Source: a virus
Virus record (IMG/VR): IMGVR_UViG_3300009448_000012
Coordinates: 1-64,000 of that record
DNA length: 64,000 nt
Reading direction: 5' to 3' (one strand)
The position numbers and the translations under genes were made by a program. This document shows, one piece after another, positions 39,623 to 51,594 of the stretch (position 1 is the stretch's first letter; the number at the start of each line of letters is the position of its first letter). A model generated the notes under the pieces. The model was not told the origin of the DNA, made no database searches, and worked only from the letters and a program-made list of their open reading frames with translations.

Positions 39623-42600
39623 CAGAACACCAGCATGCCGACCGTGAAGGACACGACTGCCGTGATCACGAACCACGCGGCCGGATGGATCGCGCGCAGC
39701 ACGGCGCCGACGATCGACCAGTCGTCATGATCGAACACGCTCGACCGGAACGCGGCCGCGCGCGGCGAGCGGTTCAACCGGTTCAGAAACCGCGCGACGT
39801 TGCGCGCGTCGCGGGCGGCCGCCTCGCTCACGGCCGCGCCGAATTCGCGCAAGGCGTCGGCGAGGACCCGCATTTCGTCGGCGGTCGAGCGGCTGACCGG
39901 CTTCAGCCCTTGGCATTCAGGCGGCACAGGCTGACCCTGTGACCATCCTTGCTCGATCGCGCATCCATAGGACGCGGGACAGCCTTCAGCCGGGCACATG
40001 TGCCCTTCACGGCGCGTGCAATGCCAGCCTGGAAAGTTCATGGGCGGGTTCTCCGTAAGCTTTGAATGATCGACGCCGCGTCCGCCATGATGCCGGCGAC
40101 GACGTTCGGCGCGTAAGGGATGTCGTCGACCACGGTGTCGAGCAGTTCGGTCAGGACGTGGTCGACCGTCTTTCGGCTGATCCGCATGGGACCGCGTTCC
40201 GCCTGCTTTTGCCTGACCGTGGTCATGCGGGTCGCTCCGGCAAGGCTTGAGCGCGCGCCCATTGGTCCCGCCAATAGCTGATCTCGTTGCGAAGGAAGGC
40301 TTCGTCGGTCAGCATGCGCGGGTCGGCTCGACGCCGGGTTATTTCCGCTCGACCGGCGTCGGTCATCTTCTCGCGAAACTGCTCGATCAGCGCGTCGAAG
40401 TCCTCGATCGTGACGGACGCCGGCTTACCGGGCTCCACCTTCACGAACGCCCGCACGGCGCGATAACCGAACTTCGTCGCATAGTTCGTCGTCACCGGGC
40501 GCTTACCGCGCAGCACGTCCGAGACGTCGCCGGCGTGCATGCGGTTGTCGACCGCCCATTTCGTCATTGACTTGCCGCTGGCCGCGATGCCGGCGCGGAT
40601 GATCTGCCGCATCTCGTCTTCGCTGATCATGTTGGTCGTCCTATGCGGGCGACCAAGTCGTCGAGTGCAACCCCAATGTTGTTCGGGCGCGCGGTCGCCG
40701 ACCATGTGTCGTCAGTGTTGGTCGGCATGGACAGGAACAGGTCCCAAGCCGTCGAGCGATCGCCGAACACGGTTTCTTCAAGCTGAATCATCAGGTCGAC
40801 CCGTGACATGACCTGCGCGGTATCGCGGAAGAACGCCGCGAGATTGCCGATTGTCTCGGCGTCGGTCTCACCCTTGGTTTCTAGGAACCGTCCGATCAGC
40901 GCTGCGCGGACACTGTCCAGACCGGCGCCGAATTCCTCGGCGGGTCGCTGGAGCAGGTCGACCACGCCGGCGACGCCGATCTTGTCGACCTTGTCGATCG
41001 TCCGGAGAACTTGCGCCGTCATGCCGCGTTCCGATACTTTTCGGCCAGCACGCGGTCGACCAAGTCGCCCAAGGCGACGGCGACCGGCAGGGGGACCGCG
41101 TCGAACGCCCTGACGGCCGGATGCAGCTTCGGGAAGGCGATCGGGGCGGTCCAGGCTTCCGGGGCCTGTGCGGGCGCCTGTGCGGCTCTCACGGCAACCG
41201 GCTTAGCGGCGGCCGCCATCGGGAGACCGAGCATCGGCGCCCATAGCTCGACGCCTATGACGGTCAGGTAGGCGAGGGCGACGCCGGCGGCCGCGCCGAT
41301 CAGGGCGCCGGCCGCGACGTACAAGATCAGCTTGGTCGGGATCGTGATTGAGATCGTGTGATGTGACTTCACTGCATATGCTCCAAACGGACCGCCAGCG
41401 GCTTGAAGCCGGCGAAGGCGGTGGTTAGGTCGGGACCGGCGGCCGCCGCGATTGCGAGCAGCACCAGACCGACCAGGATGAACACAGGGCCGCTTCGGTC
41501 ATTCATCGGCGCGCCGCATCATACAGCGCGCTTGCGGCGGGTGGCGAGGCGGGCGCGGTCGCGTACAGCCCGGCGAGGGCGACGGCGACCAGGGCGATCC
41601 ATTGCACGGCGACGGTGTCCTTCAGGTTTGGGGACGCGAGCGCTTGGCGGCGCGCCGGCGCGTCCCCTGGTGAGTGGCTATGCCGGGACTTCGTTCAGCT
41701 CCGGCAACGTGGATTCGGCCAGCCCGCGAAGGCGGCGGATCAGTTGGTGTGTCCGCGATCCCTTGCCGGCGCCCTGCTCGAACTGATGATCCAGTTCGGC
41801 CAGCTCGCGCGTGTTCTGGCTGATCAGGTCGAGCGCGGCCGTCGCGGCCTTGTCGGTCGGGCTGGTCTTGCTGGAGCCGCCCGACCGCATCAGGTCGACC
41901 AGGGCGTCCGAATATTCGGCGATGTCATTGACGACGATCTTTTCGTCCTGCTGGTCGGGCGTGTTGGCGGCCTTCAGCGCGGCGCTAAGACGGGTCGACA
42001 GAAGGGCGCGGATTAGTGCGATGCTTGACGATTTCATTTTTGGTTAGGACCTTTGTTTTTTCAGGGCTCAAGTAAGCGACGCCCCAAGGCGTCATTATCT
42101 GGTCAGGGTCAAGGACTTCGATCTTGGCTTCGTGCAACATCCATTTGGTACGCTTCGACAATCCCTTGTCGATGCCGTATCGGATGCGCCAATAGCGCGC
42201 GCGATAGTACCATTTGCCGTTGCAAGCCTTCGTGAAATGTCGGACGGCCTCCTTCGTTCTGATAATGTATTGTTCGCCGGGCATTAGTCGAGCCTGTCCC
42301 AATCGTCCGCGTACACGTCGGCGCGCTCCAGTGGTCCAGGCAATCCCGCCCGATGATCTTCGCACATGACGACAGTCCAGAAATGCACATGCGTCCGTCG
42401 GTCGATGAAATGCAGCGGATCGCCTGCGCGATAGGTCCATGCCGCGTAAGCTGGCCACGCCTTGCGATACAGGCGCTTCCCGGCTTTGATGTCGTCGCGT
42501 AGCTCGATCAACAGCATCAAATCGGCCTTGTGACTATGTCGCCTGCCATGCGGTCGACGTGCCAATGACCGCGTTGCGGGCCATGAATCTGAACGTTGTT

Positions 42601-45026
42601 CGTCGCACCGTTCGGCACGACACCGCGATCGGTCGCGATGGTGACGGCGTCGCGAACGGCGAGGTTGAACGTGTGGCTGAAACCGGTCGCGATCATGCGA
42701 TCGTCGACACCGACGATCGACCAGCGATACCAGCCGTGGAGCACGAAAATCCCGTGGCTCATTTCAGCTCACCGACATCGATCGAGACGACGCGCATACA
42801 CTCCAGCGCCTCGGCGTTGGCGCCCTTGGCTTGGAGCGCTTCGACCGTGGCGGCACATTCGGCCGCCGAGTGCATCCGCTCGAAGATGGGTCCGAAGCCG
42901 GCGATCTGACCGACCAGGAACCAGGATACCGTCAGGACGTGCATGGGCTAGGCTCCTTCATCGTTCAGCCGCTTGGCGACCGAGACCGCCGCGCTTTCGA
43001 ATTCATACCGGATGATCCGCTTCGTCCGACTGCTCAGATGCTTTTCATCGGTGAAGCGATTGACGACGTACCAGCGCCGCCCCTTCGACTTGCTCCGGTC
43101 GTATGCCGGGACCCATTTCACGCTGTTCGCGAAGGCGTCGTCGATCGCCGCCTTGTAGCTTTCGAGCATCTGACCGTGGCTGATCGTGTCCAGGCAATCG
43201 GCCTTGATGAACACAATGTCGAGTCGGTGTTTGAGGGTGCGAGCGTCGATCATTTGGCGGACACCTTCAGGGCGAATCGGATGTGGCGGGCATAGACCGC
43301 GACGGCTTTCCAGTAGGCGGCCATCGGCGCTTTATGCCTGACCCAACTGTGTTCGGCGGCCGCGCGGGCGTCCTGTGACAGCTCATATAGAAGCTGTTCT
43401 AGGGCGACGCGGGCTTCCGGCGGAAGCTCCGCGATCTTCTGTGCGGCCGGCAAGCGCAAGATCGGATTGCGCGTTTCGGGCTTCGTGCTGCGCGCGGTCA
43501 TTTCTTCCTCGCATTCAACTGGTCAGCGAAGCGCGCGGCGCCTTCCTCGGTCTTGTAGAGCACGGGCATCGCTCCACCGTCGCGGCGCGTCGTGCGGTTC
43601 CACGACCGGCCGTCAAGGTGCCGGATAGTCCATCGCTGGTTGTCCGGATTGAACACCGGGCGCCACGGCGTGAGCACGTCGAGCGCGGCCGGGATCTCGA
43701 CTTGCAATTCCTCGACCGTGTTCAAGCCGAAGTGAATCGCTAAATCATCCTCACCGGTCATCTTGTCGATCGCTTCGTATTTGGCGGTCAGCACGGCCGC
43801 GATCAGCGCGCGGACCTTCTCGATCTCGACCTTCATTTGGCTGTTCCTCTGGTCTCGGCGTGCCGTTCGCTGTTCAGTTCGTAGGCGCGGCGCTCGGCGG
43901 CTTCGTGCTTGCCGAACGTGATCGCCCTGGTCGACCCGCCCTTGGCCAAGCAGCCATAGAGCGCGCCGGTCGCGTGGTCGCGGATACCGAACCGGCCGCC
44001 GACCGTCTCGACTTTGAAGTCCTCGATCATGGTGAACTCGGCGCGGATCGCGTCGCCGATCTGATCGGCGATCCAGGCGTGATCGTCGACCATCGCCCGG
44101 AACAGATCCGGCGTTTCTTCGAGTTTTTCCATCGTGCGGTCGATCGCGGCGAGCGCGCGGGCAATGACGTCCTGTTCTTTCAGCATGGGATCACCGCCAG
44201 TAAGTCACGCCGTCGTCGCACAACCATCCGGTTTTGCCGGAGATCACGACCACGGACACAGGGTTCGTTCCGGACGGTGCGGACGGGTTCACCGTGACGC
44301 CGGTCGACCTGCTGGTCTTGCCGACGACGCGGCACGCGTGCTCGACCTTGAAGGCTTCCCATGTCTCGGTTTCTCGCGAGGACATGACGACAGCGACGAC
44401 GACGAACAGGACGACCGTCACGGAAAGGGCGACCAGCAAAGGCAACGTGTGATCTCTATTCGACATCGGACATCGCCTTTCTGATCGCTTCGTTCAGCGC
44501 GAACGCGCGGCGCTCGGCGGCCGCCTGGGTCTTGTAGTAAATCGGGTACCGCCGGCCGCCACGGCCGCGCGTCTGTTCGAGCACGGTCCCGTCGAGGTGT
44601 TCGACGACATACCGGCCGCCGTGGCTGTGCTTCGCGGTCCACAGGGCGCCGCGCTTGAATTCCTGGTTGACCTCGATCACCGCGCGTTCGCGCACCATCG
44701 CGGCGCCGGCGAGGATGCCGGCGATCGTCAGTTCGTTGTCCGGCGTTTCCTCGATCGTGGCTGCGTACTTTTCGACGAATTCCAGCGCGCGCAGCAACGC
44801 GGCGGTGACACGGTCGATCGTGTTCTGTTCGGTCATTGGGGAACCCCTAAGAGATGATTGCCAAGGTGATGATTAAGCCGGTCAGGATAATGGTCACGAA
44901 GATGATCGGACCCGCCCGGCGCTGGAGGTTGTAAGTCGCCTTGTACCGGCGCCACGGGTCCGAGAGGACGAACAGGGCGGCGCCGGCGAGGACCAACAAG
45001 GCGAGGGTTAGCGGTGTGATGGTCAC
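39622..45026 (-). other. Dense cluster of about 17 short, translationally coupled early genes
   Basis: Examples: 39622-40041, 40627-41022, 41019-41372, 41678-42037, 42948-43253, 43250-43501, 43498-43836, 43833-44186, 44191-44466, 44456-44836, 44847-45026. Confidence 0.65.
40223..40630 (-). CDS. Cro/XRE-like HTH protein
   Basis: SMTKWA.......VSDVLRGKRP......FGY. Confidence 0.7.
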   Translation of the reverse strand: MISEDEMRQIIRAGIAASGKSMTKWAVDNRMHAGDVSDVLRGKRPVTTNYATKFGYRAVRAFVKVEPGKPASVTIEDFDALIEQFREKMTDAGRAEITRRRADPRMLTDEAFLRNEISYWRDQWARAQALPERPA

Positions 45027-45030
45027 AGGT

Positions 45031-45636
45031 TCATTCCCCGCGCAGCCATTGACGGATCAAGTCCAGGTCGTCGAAGTCCTGGTCGTTCATCATGCAAATG
45101 ACGTCGAGCATGAACCGGACGTTCTCGCGCGACACCGGCTTGCCGGACGCAAAAAGAAAGCGGGACATGATCGCGGTCGCCTTGTCGAAAGTGCGAACCT
45201 TGGTTTCTTCGGTCACGGCCTCGGCGACCAGGGCTGACGACGCCTTCAGCGCGTCGACGACCGGCGCGGTCGGGCGCTGCTCGACCAGCTCGTGACGGTG
45301 GGCGACGTAATCCAGCATTTCTTGCTGGTACGCGCGCAGCTTGGGCGCGCGCGGCGTCGCCAGCGCGGCCGCTTCCTCGGCGGTGAGCTTCTTCCCGCTG
45401 ACGACCGCGTGTTCGGTCTTGTCGGCGTACAGAACGGGCGACATGCTGTACCGACCTTGCGGGTCGATTGCCTCGACGCCGTCGATCACGCGGATCGTGC
45501 GGCGGACTTCCTCGCCGCGAACCTTGATCCACACGCATTTGTCGGTGCGGCGGATGATCTCGAAAGCGAAGATGGTGTCATAGTCGGCGCTGGAGCGGGC
45601 GGCGTAGGACTGGCCGGGAACGAATTTGATGGTCAT
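45031..45636 (-). CDS. Hypothetical protein led by a repeat cassette
   Basis: ATG immediately follows AAGGGGTTCCCC. Confidence 0.7.
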   Translation of the reverse strand: MTIKFVPGQSYAARSSADYDTIFAFEIIRRTDKCVWIKVRGEEVRRTIRVIDGVEAIDPQGRYSMSPVLYADKTEHAVVSGKKLTAEEAAALATPRAPKLRAYQQEMLDYVAHRHELVEQRPTAPVVDALKASSALVAEAVTEETKVRTFDKATAIMSRFLFASGKPVSRENVRFMLDVICMMNDQDFDDLDLIRQWLRGE

Positions 45637-45915
45637 GACGGGGAACCCCTTGAGAGTGGCGGGCGCCGCGCGGGCGCCCTGGTTGGTGGTCAGTTCTTGC
45701 GGAAGCTGCGAACGATCTCGCGACGAAAACCGGGCGAAAGCTGGTGCCACTGATCCTCGGTCCCCGCGAACGCGCCAAGCGCGACGGCTTCGGCGTGGGT
45801 CGGCGTCGGGCTGGCAGGCTTCCATGCGTGATATCTGGCCATCTTGGGGAACCCCTTGAGAGAACCGGGCGACACCGCGCCGCCCGTGCTTTCGTTTCTA
45901 TAGGCTCACTCGTGC

Positions 45916-47334
45916 TCAGTCAAGCGGTATGTCACTAAATCGTTCCAGGGTGAGCGGGTCGACGTGCAAGTGATGTTGCGCCCTGGTGATCGCGACATAG
46001 AACAGCCGGCGTTCTTCCAAGCTGATGTTGGCGTCGTCGTCCTCGGCGTCGCCGCGCATGAAGTCGTCATTGATCGCCACGGAAGGCCATTCCAGCCCCT
46101 TGGCCTTGTGACCCGTGGCGAGCGTGACGCAACCTGTCACCGGCTTGTCGCGGATCTGCTCCAGGACCCGCCGGAGCTTGCTACAGCCGTATTTGCCGAC
46201 CAGATTGACGAAGACCTTCAGGGACGCCCCTTCGTCCGTGGCGGCGTATTCCTGGACCTTGCTCCAGGTCTCGAAACCAAGCAGCTCGCCGGCCTTGGGC
46301 AACCGGCCGTTCTGAAGCCCGTCCGCGTCGTCGACCAGCGCGCGCAGCTCGCCGGCGCCCTTGGGCGTGTAGACGATCCGGCCGGCGTCCAGATACCGGA
46401 AGGCGTTTTCGATCAGCCCGGTGTTCGTGCGGACCAGGACCGCGTCGACGCCGGCGGGACGACCGCCGCTGACGGTGTCACGAATGACGCTGTGACCATG
46501 AAGCGGGTACTTTTCGCCCATGGCGGTCAGCACGCCGTTCGCGGCGGCCGCGATCTGGTCGCCGAAGCGGAAGGACTTCGTCAGCCGGCATTCATGACCC
46601 GGCAAGATGGTCAGGGCGTCTTTGGCGCCGCGCCATGCATAGATCTGCTGATGACTGTCGCCGACCGCGATGATCTGGGCTTCCTGGTTCCGGATCACGC
46701 CGAGGACGACGCCGTTCGTGTCCTGGGCTTCGTCGACCAGGATGAAGTCGAACCGCAAGCGCGGATTGCTCAGCGCCCAAAGCTTCACGTATCCGTCGCC
46801 GCCCAAGGGCATGTCGTCCGCCGGGTCGGTCATGTGCGACCAGACGTCGGCGGCCGCGACCGGCGCCCATTTATAGAAGAATTCCTGGACCTCGGTCGTC
46901 ATGCCGGGCACGCGCGGAACAAAGAATTCCGTGATCGAGCGCGAATCGGACTGACAGAAACGGGTCAGCACGCTGGCGACGATCGACTTGAAGATGTCCG
47001 GGTTTACCGGAAGCTTGTCCTTGACGCATGAAATGTCGAAGCTCCAGGACTTCGGCGACTTGCGAAGCTTGCGTTCCGGGTCGAACCCGCGATCGGCGAC
47101 CGCGCGAAAGGCGAGGCTGTGCGTCGTGCGGCACTCGACGTTGTAGGGGAATTTCAGGCGGGCGTCGGTCGCAACCGACGTGTTGAACGCCATGTAAAGC
47201 CCGCGATAGGTCTTCATCTGGATCGCGAAATTCACAAGGGTCGAGGTCTTGCCGGCGCCGGCGAAGGCGATGAACTTCGTCGGGAGCCGCTTCATCGCAT
47301 AGTCGATCGCGTAACATTGTTCGGGCGTGAGCAT
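45916..47334 (-). CDS. UvrD/Rep-family SF1 helicase
   Basis: AFAGAGKT, DEAQD, GDSHQQIY.WRG, SFRFG, HKAKGLEW, EERRLFYVAITRA. Confidence 0.95.
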   Translation of the reverse strand: MLTPEQCYAIDYAMKRLPTKFIAFAGAGKTSTLVNFAIQMKTYRGLYMAFNTSVATDARLKFPYNVECRTTHSLAFRAVADRGFDPERKLRKSPKSWSFDISCVKDKLPVNPDIFKSIVASVLTRFCQSDSRSITEFFVPRVPGMTTEVQEFFYKWAPVAAADVWSHMTDPADDMPLGGDGYVKLWALSNPRLRFDFILVDEAQDTNGVVLGVIRNQEAQIIAVGDSHQQIYAWRGAKDALTILPGHECRLTKSFRFGDQIAAAANGVLTAMGEKYPLHGHSVIRDTVSGGRPAGVDAVLVRTNTGLIENAFRYLDAGRIVYTPKGAGELRALVDDADGLQNGRLPKAGELLGFETWSKVQEYAATDEGASLKVFVNLVGKYGCSKLRRVLEQIRDKPVTGCVTLATGHKAKGLEWPSVAINDDFMRGDAEDDDANISLEERRLFYVAITRAQHHLHVDPLTLERFSDIPLD

Positions 47335-47338
47335 GGCG

Positions 47339-50300
47339 CTAGACCTTCAGGAATTGAACGGGAAGCTCGGGATCATATGCAAGGATCTCGGTCACTTCCT
47401 TCGCGGTCAAAGGCTTGCCGTCCGTCTTGCCGTTCACCGCGACATATCCGCCGGCGATCTTGCTGGTCAACGTGCTGACATGGATCACGACGCTGATCGG
47501 ATAGGTCACGACGGGAAGGTTCGCGCGATAGACGACTTCGACCTTCAGTTCAGCTTTGTCGCGAAGCCCGGCGACATAGGTCTTGCATGCGACGAGCGTG
47601 GGGAATTTCGTGAACAGCTCGCGGGCGGCGTCTTCGCGCGTGTCATGCGCGGTGGAGCACACCGGACCGTCGCCGCGTATGATGGCTGAAGCAGTGAACA
47701 TGATGGGGAACCCCTTGAGAGTGGCGGGCGCCGCGCGGGCGCCCTGGTTGGTGGTCAGCGGGCGAAATGGGTCCAGTGTGCGTTCAGACGGTCGCGATCG
47801 GTTGCGCCGGCATAAAGGGAGTGGACACCGGTCGGACCGTACATCCGAAATTCGTTGTCACTTTTGCAGTAAATCAGCTTGCAAGTCCGGTCGGCGCTCA
47901 TGACGAAAGCACCGGACTTATTGAGAAGCTTCGCGAACTGTTGGGTCGTGATATTCATTTGGGGAACCCCTTGAGAGTGGCGGGCGGCTCGCGGCCGCCC
48001 TGGTTGGTGAATTATTTCCGAGGCGCTTTGATAGTGGCTTCAAGGGCGGCGATACGGCGGACCATTTCTTTTCTTGTTATCATGCCGTCCCGGTGGTGTT
48101 GCTTGGCGTCTTCGATGTACAGCTTGACTTCATCGTTCGTCATCTGGGGAACCCCTTGAGAGAACCGGGCGACACCGCGCCGCCCGTGCAACAAGTCATA
48201 AAGGCTCACTTGTGCTCAGTCAAGATTAAAAATCTTTTTAATTTTTCCAGGCGTTGAGCGCCGCGCGTGCGGCTGCTTCCCTGGTGGCGAAGCGGCGGAA
48301 ACCGCCGGAAATGGTCACAAGGTCCTGATAACTCGCACCGTCGAACTTCCACGCGGACCAGCGCTTGTTGCTTTTGACGCCGCTCGACCCGGCCGTCGAG
48401 ACGGTGACGGTGATGACCTTGTCGCCGTGACCCTTGATCACCGTCTTCCATTGCCGGGCGCTTGAACCTTGCAAGAACGTCTGACCGCCGATCTCGAAGC
48501 TTTCCAGCTTGGCGGCGCGGGTCGCTTCGTCGCGGGCGTCCGCTTGGGCGATGCGATGGTCGAGGTCGGTTTTGCCGGTGCTGTCGATCGGCAGGGCGCG
48601 CAGCTCGGCGGCGACGTTGCTGCCCAACGCAACACCGCGATGAACCGTCGCCTCGATCCGCATGTCGCCGACGCGGGCGAAGGCTTGCGTATACCGGATG
48701 ACGACGGGATGACGCTCCAGGCGGACCAGGATGTCGTCGAGGCATTCGCCCATGTTCAGCGCGAGCGCGAACACGCGATTGACGAAGCGGGTTTCGCGGG
48801 TCTCGCCGGCGTCGATCGCGTCGGCAAGTTCGGCGTTGGTCATGGTCTTGATCGGTTTGGTCATAGCGGGGAACCCCTTGAGAGTGGCGGGCGCCGGCGA
48901 TGCCGGGCGCCCTGGTTGGTGATCAGCGGCAGGACAGGACGAAGGCGAGAGCGGTCCTCGGCGACTTGGCTTGAACCCAGCCATTGTTACAGCGAAGGAC
49001 GCGGCGATCGTCGTCGTCGTAGCACAGATATAGGCCGTGCTCGTTGCAGGTCTTGAGCGCTTCGACGACCATGTTCCAAGATGTGGAGCGGCGGCGGAAT
49101 GTCATAACGGGGAACCCCTTGAGAGTGGTGGGCGCCGCGCGGGCGCCCTGGTTGGTGATTAGATCAGGCGAGATTCGACCCAATGGATTTCACCGAATGC
49201 GTCTTCGAAACGCCAAGCCATTTTAGAGGCTTCTGTTTCTGAAACGAAAGTCATGGGCGTGCGGTCTTGGTTGCAAACCAGCATGAATTTGTCGTTTTGC
49301 ATGAAACGGATGACGAAGATCATATCGGGGAACCCCTTGAGAGAACCGGGCGACACCGCGCCGCCCGTGCAACAAGTCATAAAGGCTCACTTGTGCTCAG
49401 TCAAGATTAAAAATCTTTTTAATTCACGACCCGGTATTCGAGGCGCGTCAACCATCCCGACATATCGGGAAATCCGTCCGGGTCGGTGTATCCGTCCAGC
49501 CCGATGAACCGGCTTTCGCCGGTGTGCTCGCCGGTCAGTTGGGTGATGTAAACGATCAAGCCTTCCTGGATCAGCATGAAGCCGACACCGTCTTTCGCGA
49601 GCACCGCCCTTGTGATCATGATGCTGAACCCTTTGGTTGAATGTTACCGGCGAACCGGCTTGCGTTTGGGAAGGTCCTCGACGATCTCGCGTTGCTCGCC
49701 GGGCAAGCCCGACCGGTTGTCGCTGTAGGCTTGCGCAAGCTCGCGCGTCTCGAAGCGCATGTGCGCGCCGCGATTGGCGATGAACCATTTCCACACGACC
49801 CGCCCTTCGAACCGGTACCGGATGCGGAAGCGGCGCGGACCGTCGTCGACCTTCTTCACCAGCCGACTGACGACCTCGAACAGCTCGGACAGGCGCGGGC
49901 ACATCGTCGGGCCGATCGGAAGCGCGACGATCTCGGCGAGCAGTTCGCGGGCTTCCTGCGCGGTCATGTCGACCTGGATTGCGTCGGTCATGACTGCTCC
50001 GCCTTCAGCTCGATGATCTCGAAATGGACGTCGGTGATCAGTTCTTGCATGTGATGGCGGATGCGCAGTTCGGCTGATGCGCGGGACGCGGCGAACTGCG
50101 CATAATGGCGGGTGACGCCTTGGGCGGTTTCGCCGACGATCAGCCACGCGAACGGGCGGATGCGGGCGGTTTCCTGATTCGGAATATTCAGGACGTGACC
50201 GGTCGTGAAGATGACTTGCTTCATGGGGGAACCCCTTGAGAGTGGCGGGCGCCGGCCGGAGCCGGGCGCCTTGGTTGCGGCCTAGTCGAGGATGAAGGTT

Positions 50301-51527
50301 TTCAGCCAAGCGGGGCCGTGCGAGTTGCGCAGGGCGTACACGACGGCTTCGGCGTCGGTGGTGGTGACGGCGCGTTCCCAAAGCTTGCGGATGTCGCGTT
50401 TCCAGTTGCGCGAGTCGCGAATGATGAAGGTCGTCAGGGCGGCTTTTTGCTCGGCGGTCAGCGGGGCGTGAGCCGCCTTGCGGCCCTTTCGGGCCGGTTT
50501 GGCGGGCTTGGCGGCCGGCGTGTCGTCGACGACCTCATAGGTCGTTCCGTCGCGGCTGGCGGCGACATAGGTCGCCATGCTGGCTTCAGCGCCGGCGCGG
50601 GTTTCGAAACGCGCATCCTGGTTGCTGCTACCGTTGCCGATGTGGAACGACCGGCCGTCCTTATAGGTGTACTTGATCCGGAAGGGCTGGCGGGCGGTCA
50701 GCTCGGCTTTCCACGCCTTGGCGTCGTGCTCGACGGTCGGGACGATCTCGATCGCGCCGTCCGTGGTCTTGCGAGCGGACTGCCATGCTGCGGCGGCTTT
50801 CTGTGCGAGGTCGTGACGGCTGCTGAAGCCGGTTTCAACCGCGTTGCCGTACTTGGGATGGTTGCTGACGGCTTTCCAGGCGAAGGCGAGCTTCATGGTC
50901 GTCGAGCGATGGACGAAGGAACCGTCCTTGAAGGTGGCGACCAGGGTGATTTTTTTGGCGGGCATTGGGGGAACCCCTTGAGAGAACCGGGCGACACCGC
51001 GCCGCCCGTGCAACAAGTCATAAAGGCTCACTTGTGCTCAGTCAACATTAAAAATCTTTTTAATTTTCGGGATCGCCGCGACGCTGGTTTCAGGGTGGAT
51101 CTTACGGAACTTGACCGCCGGCTTACGGACGTTGCGACCGTACTGGTCGACGATGGTCACGCCGGCGCGACCGCGCGATGCGTCGCGGATCTCGGTCAGG
51201 CTGGCGAACGCCTTGGGCTCGATCTCGCCGGTGCTGGTGTTCTTGACGCGGTATGTCATGGGGAACCCCTTGAGAGGGCGACCGTCAGGTCGCTGTGAGA
51301 GTGGTGGGCGCCCGGCACGGACCGTTTAGGCCGTGGTGCGAGCGCCCTGGTGACTAGCTGACTGCTTCGACCGAATAGATCACGTCCTTGTCGAGGTTGG
51401 CCATCTCGCACCGGACTGAGTAATTCTCGGCGGTGTGCCTCGTCAGCGGCTCGCCGCGCATGTTGGTCGTGGCGACGATCTCGACTTCGTTCGTGACCTT
51501 GTTCGTCTTAATGACTTGGTAGTTCAT
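47339..51527 (-). other. Cassette-borne small genes
   Basis: 47339-47704, 47755-47958, 48012-48143, 48238-48864, 48923-49105, 49159-49323, 49419-49619, 49644-49991, 49988-50224, 50282-50965, 51038-51259, 51354-51527. Confidence 0.75.
48146..48241 (-). promoter_or_regulatory. Promoter cassette; near-identical copies at 49327-49422 and 50968-51063, variant at 45846-45923
   Basis: TTAAAAAGATTTTTAA inverted repeat, TTGACT-17-TATGAC, hairpin, RBS. Confidence 0.8.
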
Positions 51528-51562
51528 GGCGCTTTCTCCAAAGCTTCGTTGCCGATGAACTG

Positions 51563-51591
51563 AACATAAGGCTCACTCGTGCTCACCGCAA
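51563..51591 (-). promoter_or_regulatory. Early promoter with spacer motif
   Basis: TTGCGG-17 nt (TGAGCACGAGTGAGCCT)-TATGTT. Confidence 0.7.
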
Positions 51592-51594
51592 GAC

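Larger units (their letters stand above)
45640..51353 (-). repeat. Eleven start-associated leader cassettes (hairpin + CTCTCAAGGGGTTCCCC + ATG)
   Basis: + strand GGGGAACCCCTTGAGAG at 45640, 45846, 47705, 47961, 48146, 48868, 49109, 49327, 50226, 50968 and 51260. Confidence 0.95.

Noticed and set aside
45640-51353. CRISPR array or integron attC array
   Set aside because: The spacers are whole genes of 130-1900 bp, the repeats contain an RBS or promoter, and no cas operon, integron integrase or attC R-box pattern is seen.
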